This document shows, in pieces, positions 11,953 to 23,000 of a stretch of DNA of 62,249 nt. Numbering within the stretch: the stretch's first letter is position 1; the number at the start of each line of letters is the position of its first letter. Source of the DNA: Azolla caroliniana (Eukaryota; Plantae; Polypodiophyta); contig JBHGNT010000166.1 in assembly GCA_043228905.1 (NCBI GenBank), positions 1 to 62,249 of the forward strand, given 5' to 3'. The notes under the pieces are model-generated. The model was not told where the DNA came from. It saw nothing but the letters and a program-made list of their open reading frames with translations, and made no database searches. A program made the position numbers and the translations under genes.

Positions 11953-12984
11953 GATTCAACAACTAGAACGAAGGCTTGAAGAGGTCGAGTTGGCAATAGA
12001 ACGCTTGTGCCAACCTCGATTGAAGAACAAGGAGAATTTTGATAGAAAGCATCGTCTTCGACAAAGAAAAATTGAAGAAGGAGATTGGGTTCTTGTCTAT
12101 GATAGTAATCTCGATAATCATTATAGCACTGCTCGAAATCTTTCAAAATGATAGTTTGGCTCGTATATGGACAAGAAAATAGAAAGCAATGCAACCTATT
12201 TTTTAGCGGAGTTAGATGGAACTTGACTTGCTTTGCCAATTGTAGGAAAAAGAATCAAGATCTTTAAGAGAAGAGAGGCCCCAAATCTTGAGATCGAAGC
12301 TCTGGATGATATAGCCTCGAACATCGAGGTTGAAAAAGAATAATTAAAAGAGGAACCTCACCACAATTGGCACATACCGGTGGATGTGCAGGTTTGGTGG
12401 GGGTGAATGTCGTGTGGTTTTTCACACACGATATGAAAACTAGTAGAACAATTATTTAAGATTAGCTTAATGTATTTATATGGAAAGATAGATTTCTTCA
12501 AGAGCTTCATAACGTATTTTACTACTCATGAAACGGATAAACAAATATCAAGTTATGTGAGTGTGAAGTTTGAAGAAAAAAAAGAAAAGACAAAACTGTG
12601 AGATATCCCACATAGATAGGACAACATTGGGACCCAAGATATATAAAGGAAACCAAAACATATTTATTCTGTCAATGTGTGGAGCACAAAATATTCAAGG
12701 TGACTTGGGCTACATTATGTGGTGTGCATGTTTTGGGTGTACACGTGTGTGCACGGCTGTGTGGAGGCTTCAAGCGTATGCGTGTGTGCATGACTGTGTG
12801 GACGCTTCAAGCGTACGTGTGTGTGCACGGCTGCGTGGACGTTTTCGAACGTACCTGTGTGTGTGTACGTTTTCGGATGTACGCGCGTGTGCAAGTTTCG
12901 GGCGTACGCGTGCACGATCGCGTGGACATTTCGGACGGACGCACGCGTGTGCGGATGCGTACACGACGCGGTCGGGACACGCGC

Positions 12985-15900
12985 TGTCGTGCCTTTCGGC
13001 TCCGGATCGTTGCGTGAGTCGGGTGGGAACCGCCGAGGTTTTGGACTAGGAGAAAGAAGAATATGAGATGAGGCTAGTAATGAATAGATTATTAGAAAGA
13101 GAGATAGAAATTTCGTGAATCCCACGAGTGTATTGTATTCGATTAATCAATATTTAGATAAGAATATGTATTTAGATTGAAAGAAAGATATAAGAAACTT
13201 GTGAATCCCACAAGTATAGATTATATTATTTTCGTGAATCCCACGATTATATTAATCGGTTGGTGTTTTCGGAAATATATCCAATTTCCAAATATTTCAC
13301 ACGCCTATTACATTGTGCTCCCCATCCTTATGTAGTGATGGGAGAGACTAAGCATAGCTACATGCTTTTTTTTCTAATATGTTCATGCACACTAAATGTG
13401 CATGTGATGCTTTTCTAATCCTTGCTTTTATTTGCTAAATATAGTGCTCATGCACGCTAGATGTGCATGAGTCACTTTTTAGTTGCTTGCGTTTTTCTAT
13501 AAAATATTCACGCACTCTAAAAATGCACGATTTACCTTTTAATAAAGGTAGGCGCAAATAAAGCAGTTATAGTTATTAAATCTATTTATAAAACACTAAA
13601 GATAAGGTAGCATAATGGTAAAGTTGAGGTTTGGTTACGTGGAGGTACAGGGTTCGAATCTTGCCCTATACACGTGATAAATATCTTGATATATTATTTT
13701 ATTTATTTATATGTAATTAAATCGGTTATATTATTTTTACTTTTTCACGTAGTGTACGAAATACACTACGACACTCGCCCCCTCCGAACTCGCACATCCT
13801 CCAGTATGTGCCGAAGTTGCCGATGCTCGTTGTCTCCCCTTCATCCTCCGTTTGTCCCGCTACGTCAACTTTGTCTCTCCATTTTGAGTAGACCCATTCT
13901 TTCCACCCGAACCATTGTTGCCATCCGATCCACCATATTCTTTGTTCTCTCTCGTCATATTCTTGGCCCTTGTCATTCGTGGTAGTGTCTTTTACTGGCC
14001 TCTTTCTTGTCTTCATCAACCTTGACTTTTTTCCGGATCGCTCTCGTCCGATCAACTTTCGGTTTGATCGGCTTCCGATCGGATTCGTATTCGGCCAAAT
14101 CGGAATCGGTTGTTCGGTTTTGATTGAGTCGGTCTCCTTCCGGCCCGGTTTCGATCTATCGGTTTTGGTTTCGGTTGGCTTTCTTTTCCTCGTTTTCACC
14201 AGCCTCGACCGGTCCAACCTCCGGTTGAGTCGGATTAGCTTCTTTCCGAATCGGTCTCGTTCGATCGGCTTTCGGCTAGGTCGGCTTCCATCCATATTCG
14301 CATTCGGCCAAGTCAGACTCAGTCGATCGGTTTTGACCAAGTCGACCCCTTTTCGGGTCGGCTTTCTTTCGGGTCGTCTTTCGGCCGAATCCTCATTCGC
14401 CCGATTCAGCTTTCGTTTGTGTCGTCTTTTGGCCGAATTCTCTTCCTTTCGGTTCGGCTTTCTTTCGGATCGGAATCCCGTCCGGATCACCTTCCATCCA
14501 AACCGGCTTCCGACTTTACCTTTCTTGCTGCCACCTCCCGTCTCTCCGGTCTCACGTTGGTTCTCGGACACAACTGCCGAAGTCTCTAGAATTAGTGGGT
14601 AGGAATCCTCGGTATTATCATCCTCCATTGTTTCACCCATAGCCATATTCTCGGCTATCTCTCCGTCGTATGCATCGACTTCGACCTTTGTTTTCTCTCC
14701 GCCACCTTCCGTCTCTTCGGTCTCACGTTGCCTTTCGAACGCAACCGTCGGAGTCTCTAGAATCAGTGGTGGGGAAGTCTTGATATGGCCATCCGTCGTT
14801 GATTCGTCCATAGCCACCTTCAATTCGATGTCATCTTTCATGGTGACCTCCTCAATCAAGTCCTCCTTGCTCTCTTTCACTGCATCAATTATGCTTACCC
14901 CTTTTTCACCCGATGTTTCGGACACTTGTATTCTGAAATCTTCTTCTACACTTGGGTTATCAGCCTTATCCTTTGTCGTCGTTCTTTCGCAAGACAAGAG
15001 GGTAGCTTGTTTTACACCCTCTTCCGTCGCACCATCATGTTGTATTTCGGCCTTCATATCGGCTCCATCGTTTGTCTTCAATCGACCATCCTTCATCGGC
15101 CATGTTGTTGACAAGATTCTCATCTTCCTCTCATCATGTCTCCGGCATACCCTTTGGACTTCGGCCCAATCTTCGGTAAGACCATTCGTACCTTCATCGT
15201 CTTCGAGTTCGATCCCGATGTCCATCCTTTCTTTTCGATCGATCGATCTTACGAACATTAGGACTTTGTCCTCCCCCACCAATCTTTGTTCCTGCTCCGA
15301 GAGTCGAGCAAAACGATGCTCGAACTCTAGGAATGCTTGTGTTGCACTTTGGTGGGTCTTCTCCGATGCCACCCATTCGTCGAATTCTCGCCGATCTTGT
15401 CCCTTTGATCTCTTGTAATCATATGCCTCTCGTAAAGCTTCTTCGAATGACCCCCATGTCGAGTTTTGTTGCCGTATCTTGTGGATTCTCTCTTGTAGCT
15501 CATCCGTGGCCACCCGATTGAAGGATGTCACTTGCAATCCTTCTGGTATCCCACATCGTATCATCTCTGCCTTGTAGTCATGTAAATAGCGTGACACATC
15601 GTTTCCGTTGAATTGTCTGTTTCGTTGTACGAGCCGCTTTACTGCCCCCGTGATCTCCGACATCACTCATTGTTCTTGTAGCATCCGCTCGAACATCATC
15701 ATCATCGTTATGCTCATTGCCTCTTGTTGATTCTCCATCTCCTTGCCACCCGTCTTCACGTCGGGTTCACCAACTGTGTCGTGCCTTTCGGCTCCGGATC
15801 GTTGCGTGAGTCGGGTGGGAACCGCCGAGGTTTTGGACTAGGAGAAAGAAGAATATGAGATGAGGCTAGTAATGAATAGATTATTAGAAAGAGAGATAGA

Positions 15901-16565
15901 AATTTCGTGAATCCCACGAGTGTATTGTATTCGATTAATCAATATTTAGATAAGAATATGTATTTAGATTGAAAGAAAGATATAAGAAACTTGTGAATCC
16001 CACAAGTATAGATTATATTATTTTCGTGAATCCCACGATTATATTAATCGGTTGGTGTTTTCGGAAATATATCCAATTTCCAAATATTTCACACGCCTAT
16101 TACATTGTGCTCCCCATCCTTATGTAGTGATGGGAGAGACTAAGCATAGCTACATGCTTTTTTTTCTAATATGTTCATGCACACTAAATGTGCATGTGAT
16201 GCTTTTCTAATCCTTGCTTTTATTTGCTAAATATAGTGCTCATGCACGCTAGATGTGCATGAGTCACTTTTTAGTTGCTTGCGTTTTTCTATAAAATATT
16301 CACGCACTCTAAAAATGCACGATTTACCTTTTAATAAAGGTAAGCGCAAATAAAGCAATTATAGTTATTAAATCTATTTATAGAACACTAAAGATAAGGT
16401 AGCATAATGGTAAAGTTGAGGTTTGGCTACGTGGAGGTACAGGGTTTGAATCTTGCCCTATACACGTGATAAATATCTTGATATATTATTTTATTTATTT
16501 ATATGTAATTAAATCGGTTATATTATTTTTACTTTTTCACGTAGTGTACGAAATACACTACGACA
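12985..16565 (-). mobile_element. Non-autonomous gag-only family A LTR element E3 (TR-GAG-like), young
   Basis: 789-bp LTRs at 12985-13773 and 15777-16565 with about 5 differences by eye; perfect tRNA-Trp PBS 15755-15772; PPT next to 13774; 4-bp TSD GCGC; no PR, RT, RNase H or integrase. Confidence 0.93.
13726..15738 (-). CDS. Gag-derived protein with acidic and Arg/Lys-rich C-terminal extensions (646-aa open frame 15666-13726; upstream ATG at 15738 cut off by one TGA)
   Basis: The N-terminus matches the gag of E4 and E5 (QRNGQFNGKDVSRYL.DYKAEM.RCGI.EGLQVTSFNRVA); the remainder is low-complexity and internally duplicated. Confidence 0.65.
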
Positions 16566-17329
16566 GCGCGTGTGTGGATGCGTACACTACGCGGTCAAGA
16601 CTTTTTGTGCGTGGACGCGTCTACGGTTTGGTTGCGACGCACGTACGGATTGCGCACGGGCTAAACTTTATGGATGATTAGGTCATTTGGCTGAATTATA
16701 CGAACGGTCATATGCAACTAAAAATGAAAGCATGCAACTAAAAGTAAAAGGCATGCAACTAAAAATGGAAGCATGCAACTAAAAGTAGAGGCCATGCAAA
16801 AGTAAAAGGCATGCAACTAAAAATGGAAGCATGCAACTAAAAGTAGAGGCCATGCAACTAAAAGTGGACATGCAAAGTAACATTGGGAAGGGGGATCAAG
16901 AAAAGAGCTCAATATATGTCCCATTTTTTCCCTCTAGTTTTTTCTTTTCTTTTTTCTTTTCTTCTTCTCTCTCTCATTCCTTAGGGGAAGAAATCTCTCT
17001 CATATTGATATCGAATCACTCCTTACATGGTGGTTGGCTCCTTCCTTTCAAGAATAATCTTTCATATTCATATTGGACCACTCCTTATATGGTTGTTGAC
17101 TCTTTTCTTTAAAAATTTTATCTCTCATTTTCATCTCCAACCCGTTGCAACAAGATTCTTGAATTATAAAAGAATCTATTTTCTTATGTAATAAACAAAC
17201 GTTTTCTCTCATCTACTCGTCTCATATGTGAATTTTGTTTGTTTTGTATGTGTTGCACTAAATCCTTCTAGTCCAGAACCCCGACGGTTCCGGCTCGCGA
17301 TCCGCACATAGTGACGGATTTTCACGACA

Positions 17330-18030
17330 ACGTCGACTTGTTTTGAAGCCCAACATCCGAGGGTGTTTAGTTGTTCTTTGCATTTCTGCTTCCTCAAGAG
17401 AGAGGCCGAGCGGCATAAGTGTATCCACATACATCGTCTCCCCTTGTTCCTGAAAATTTACACTAGTTACATGTTGATGAATAGTAAAAGGGTTATGGTT
17501 AACACTTTGTAATTTATTCTCCCTATGTTGTTTTAGCTCTAAAATATACCTACCTAGTCTCTTTACACTCGGGGTATCTAATAGTTTTGAGAGGGTGGGA
17601 GAGGGTCCTAATATGTCTTGGTATTCAACCCGTATCTCGGCATAAGTTGGGCACTTGCATGTGAAGTGATGCTCATCCTCTATCTCTATGTGGCATAACC
17701 TACATTGCCTTTCCTCTCTAGGGACTCTATTAGCCCGACCATTCTCAATCTCAAGTTGGTGAGATGATATCCTAAGTTGTCCAATGGCCACCCTTAGTGC
17801 ATTTGATAAGAATGTATCTAGATATCTTGGTTGTGTAATAAAACCTAACTTAGAGAAGTGCAATAAGTGTTCCTTATAGTACAACATTTTAGATGGGAGT
17901 GGCTCTTGTGGGGTGATCCATTTATATCGAGTGTAAATTTGCCATATTTCTTGGCGTATCACTTTATTACTATCTCCATGAGAGAGAGTTTGATCAGTCC
18001 CATGGTTGTACTTAAGGGGGGGTAGGTTAT
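17330..18030 (-). mobile_element. Non-LTR retrotransposon (LINE) ORF2 3' fragment
   Basis: ORF 17258-17962(-) contains LRISSHQLEIENGR...REERQCRLC...IEDEHHFTCKCPTY, the CCHC-type C-terminus typical of LINE ORF2. Confidence 0.75.
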
Positions 18031-18044
18031 TAATATCTATGCCG

Positions 18045-18580
18045 TTTGTTTACAATTTGCACGATGCTGAAGTTACACACAAGAGGCTTGCCGATCATCA
18101 TCGTCTAGACTCAAAAAAGTTTCGTGTTGGGGATCATGTATGGCTTCTCCAACACAACATCAAGACCACTCGACCTTGCAGTAAATTGGATTACCAACGT
18201 TTTGGCCCTTACATGATCACTGGTAAGATAAGTGATGTTGCATTTCGTCTTGACCTCCCTCCACACATGCATTTTTATCCGTTGTTTCATGTATCCCTTT
18301 TCGAACCTTATACTACAAGTTCAATTCCGGGCCGTCTTACGACACCCCCACCACCTGTCGAGTTCTTGGACGGACCCGAATTGAAGTTGTTGTCGTTCTC
18401 GATTCTAAAATCGTGCGCAACAAGTTGTATTACTTAGTCGATTGGCCAAGCTATACCCCCAATGATCGAACTTGGGAACCTGCTGCAAATCTTTCCAATG
18501 CAGCGTTTTGACTTCCTCATCACATATCTGTGGAAATCCATCTCTGTGGATTTTATAACAGATCTTCCTCTTTCAAAGAA
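18045..18580 (+). pseudogene. Tcn1-like chromovirus integrase tail and chromodomain fragment
   Basis: FRVGDHVWLL...KLDYQRFGPY...FHVSLFEPY and a decayed KLYYLVDW...RTWEP, matching the intact element around 50060-50510. Confidence 0.8.
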
Positions 18581-20017
18581 ACAAAGCGTTTGTTTTGTTT
18601 TATATTACTATCTACAAATAATAATAAATATTATTAAAAGAAAAAGAAAAACAAAATAGTGACCGGATACATTAACAATCACAAGCCACCATAACTCATT
18701 GTAGTTAAGATAGCAATAGTAGAACACAACAATGGTATGGTTAACCATGGTCTAGTTCAGGTTATTACAACAAGACCAAGAACTGTTTGCAACTAACCAT
18801 ATTGTCCAACTAAAACTATGTAAGCGTAAACATGTAAATGGAATGGAGAAGTTTTAAGAGTGAAAATCTTGAGTATTTCACAATATCTGTTAAATACATA
18901 AAAAAAACATGTAGAATAGGTTTAAAATAAATTAGTTTTTAAGTTTTTTGGAAACATTAAATACTTGTTAAATATGTAGAATGGACAAAGGATTTAAAAT
19001 GTGTAGAAGATGTGAAACAACTTAAAATGGTAGTTCTAAAACATAGCCTACATGTAGAATACTTCTAAATATTCTAATCAGAAAATAACCTTTTTTTAAA
19101 GAACTATGAGTGGAACTAGCAGCCCAGATGAAGATGAACCAATTAGTATGTAACATCACATTACCAGCTTTGTTTCCTCAACAAACAATGTAGCAATTTA
19201 TTCGTAGGTTTACAAAGAAGAAGAAGAATGTATTGTTTTTGCATGAGCAAGCACTTTCAAGGCCTTCTCAAGGCACGACGACTTGTGGTGCAACAAGAAA
19301 CATCTTGAAAATAAATACAAGAATACTCACAAGAGACGGTTGCAAAGTTACAAGCAATTATTGAAACATACTGTAAGCAATGGGCTAGTGATGGCAGTAA
19401 AATTTTACCTTTTCCTATTGAATTTTCTTAGACATCAAAGCATTTGTAGAGATTCGAACGGATATCATGCAAGCAACCAACAAATGGCCATGGATATGAC
19501 ATGCGAAGTCTGTCACCTTGTGTCCAAGTGGAACAAATACAGCAAAGCCTACAAAAATATTCCCAAGTTGTTGCAACCTCTACAGGACAGAATCTATCAC
19601 AATCTCACATAGAATCTATCACAATCTCACACTTATTAACCACTCATGTTGAGACCCCCAACCGTTGTATCAGCTGATACTCTTCCCCCTTTCCATTGGT
19701 GATCAACTGTGTCCACCCAAGTGCGGATGATAACAATCAATAACTACAATGATGAAAGTGCAATATTCATTTGCAAGACCCATTTGCAAGCTATTCAATA
19801 GCAAAATGAATAAGCTGGTAGAACTATTTGCGCAAGTACCAGGAAAGGAGGAATCATGAAACAGAATTGCAATAATATAAGCACCGATCGAAAATAATAT
19901 GACCAAATAAAAAAAAAGATCACATTTGAGATAAATAGATAAATTTATTTTAGCGGTGATAAGCAAGTTCTTCAATGGCACATGGCTTTGATCATATGCG
20001 ACCAAAAAAAATCAGCT

Positions 20018-23000
20018 TCACGGGTGATATTCTGTGTATTTGAGAACACCATCAAATAATCGCCCACCCAGAAATTCAGCAACCTCTGGATGTTTAACCT
20101 ACCAAGCATAGTTCACTTTGTTTATGAGCTAAAATCATCGTGGAAAAAGTAAAAAATAATTGAAGGTCAATAATGCAGTACCATTCCAAGCTTTAGAGAA
20201 TCGCACTTGAACATGGCATACAAATTTGTTTCAATTCCTCGACCCTACCCATTTCAGAAAACATCATCAGAGATGCTAACATGAAACTAAGTAAAGATAT
20301 TGAACCTGCAAAGAAGAAAATATGGATCAAATCCACGAAAAAATTCATTAGATGCACATACCATTCCTTCCAATACTACTAAATCAGCATCTGCTGCAAT
20401 ATACTCAAGATCAGGTGAAACGCTTGAGAGATCAATCACCTGAACAAATATAATGCAGTTAGTAAATAACTTGTTGAGAAAATAGAAGATGTATCCAAAA
20501 CTAATCTCCATAGATTCACAAAATCTTCTCAGGCAAACTTCAATATGCCACGGATGAAAGTGGACAAAGAGTTGAATGGATAGTTCATTCCTCTGTTAAA
20601 TAGAAATAAGATTATTACCGGTAAATCATTTCCAGAGTTCACAACAAACATATGTTGTGCATCCACACCAAAGAGTAACTCCTTCCCATCTTTCACCTCC
20701 TTGATCTATGACAACATAAAACGTATCAACTAAAAGGCTAATTCAAGAAAAACTAAAACATTTATATGTATGGATGAATTGACATCTAAACATGATGGAT
20801 CTGCAAATACACGTATAGAGAATGCCTGAGGAACTAAACACACACAAAAGATCTAAATATACACTATAGTTTGATGGTTATGAGTAATGCGTTATTGAAG
20901 TCTACTTTGTCACACTGCATAATGCACATATAAAATCTAGCCTGTCAAACTGCATAACTACAAGTTCCAAACAGGAAAGAGAAACCCAAATCTAGCTTTG
21001 ATGTGTTCATTTAATCTTGAGAAGTTTCCAAATTCTTTGACAGCGCAACAGCCAAATCCTAAATTCTTAACTTAAACAAATGCAAACATGAAAATTGTCT
21101 CAGAAAACAGGGAAGACACATGCACAAATGCATGTTTGTTTGTGCCTCATTTACCTTTGAAATTATTTCAGTTAATTCGAGGTATGTGATGTCATTAAGG
21201 GCTGGCATATCATTTGCTGCTAAGACTACCTGCAAATGTAAAAGGCATCCATAAAAGATTCATGCTCTATTCCACATAACCATATTTTTCATACAAGGCA
21301 TCCATAAAAGATTCATGCGGACAAACATTCATGATGGAAAGATAGCCACCAATATACACATTCCAAATAGGGCATCATCATGGTCTCAATATTTTGGGTT
21401 AGATAAAGCCAATCCTTATGAAGTTGTGTCTGGACACTGTTGAATATGGTAATGAAGGGAAAATGCTGATCATTGAAACATGACTGCAAAGTATAGACAT
21501 ACAAGAAGATCACAGGTTTCTCATTAGAGCCATATGAGCCATATGATAGACATGGATGCATAGAAATAGAACCCAAAATGAAGATGATACTGTCGTAAAA
21601 ACCACGGTAAATGAGTCGAACTGCCGGGGTTTTGTGAGAGGAGATTTCGTAATGAAAAGGGAGAGCACAATCAAGAGATGGAGATAGTGCATGATTCAAG
21701 AAGCAAAGAGTATATAATCAAAAGAATAGAAGCTTTTACCAATGTCAAAATGCTCAATCATAAGGGTGATACTTTATCTCTGCCAAACTCCAGCTCAAAC
21801 CCTCAACTTCAATCAATTTTTACTTTCCAAACGAGCTATCTTGATGATTGTTTGATTGATCGATTGATTACTTTGATCAATTGATCGCTTGATTGATGCC
21901 TACATGCTTCCTTTCCTTCTCTTTATATAGATGTTCGAATGCATGTGATGTATGAGAGTGCACGAGATGCATGCAATGCGCTACATGTGATGCATGACAT
22001 CCATGCTGCTCATTTGAGTCAGCATTTATGGAATATACAAAAGACATAATTACAATGATAAAAATATAAACTAGTAAAAAAGCTTATCTTAATGGTTCAT
22101 ACTAGGTGTTTGATATGCACGATTATAGGTTCAAGCCTAACAAATGTCACTTCATATCAAATTTGAATTTGTTTTTCTATCTTGAAGCAATTGCTTCACA
22201 ACAACAACAACGCTCATGCAATTGCAGTCCAAGTGCCCAAGGATATGCAGATAAGTCTTATTTGCACATTATAGCTCTCAATGGAACAAGAACTTTCCCT
22301 ACCTCAAACTATTGACCATAACATACAAAAAGCAAGGTAGCTAGTGCATCAACTATGTACAGGTCAAACCAGATGCCATAGATACAATTTTTTTAATTTG
22401 AATCAAACATCTATTTGAAAGACTTTATATAGAACTTCGAGGAATTTCTCATGTGACCACATTCAATGTGATGTTGAGAATCGTAAAAGATTACGTGCAG
22501 AAGCGTTATGTGCAAACACAGCCGGCTCGGCCGGACAACAAAGAGCAGATAGACAGTTAGGAATACACAAAGTGAGAGAGAGAGAGAGAGGCTGAGTGAG
22601 CAAACAACACGAAGTATATTTCCAAAACAATGAAAACCTCAATACAAACAATAGTGCTCAAATGCACTTTTATGTATACAAGCCCATATGATAGGGCTGT
22701 CATGAAGTACTGACATGTACTTCAATGCTCTTAAAAGAGCCTCTGATACTAACTGCCTATATGAGGCCTATTTACTAGAATAGATCTAATCGGCACGTGT
22801 GACGTTCCGGATCGGCTGCCACAGCCGCTCCGTCATCCGGTCCATCATCCGGCTTCTTCAGCCGGTTCGGAACCTAGTCCGAAGCTTAGGCAAATCAGCC
22901 TAAGTGAGCCTAGCCAACCGGATCATATCCAGTTTGACCTGCCGGCTTGTCCAGCCAGTCCGGCCCATGTTGAGCTTGCTCGCTCAACACTCCCCCTCAA

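Larger units (their letters stand above)
7168..12343 (+). pseudogene. RT-RNaseH-integrase of E2, disrupted and split by a copia insertion
   Basis: ORF 7168-8781 RT (PFLDD), 8838-9179 RNase H, 9350-10125 integrase; the integrase tail resumes at 11958 (QQLERR...EEGDWVLVYDS). Confidence 0.88.
3938..17329 (+). mobile_element. Ty3/gypsy Phygy-like family B element E2, hosting nested insertions
   Basis: 5' LTR remainder 3938-4830 (ends TTTCACGACA); PBS 4839-4856; gag-PR 4852-7072; pol 7168-12343 split by a copia; PPT GGTGGGGGTGAA; 3' LTR 12408-12984 plus 16566-17329; right flank ACGT. Confidence 0.9.

Noticed and set aside
13601-13670. Functional tRNA gene
   Set aside because: A and B boxes are present, but no acceptor or anticodon stem could be formed; reported as a Pol III-like cassette instead.
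19590-19632. 22-bp direct duplication AGAATCTATCACAATCTCAC downstream of the host gene
   Set aside because: A simple two-copy slippage duplication with no further structure.
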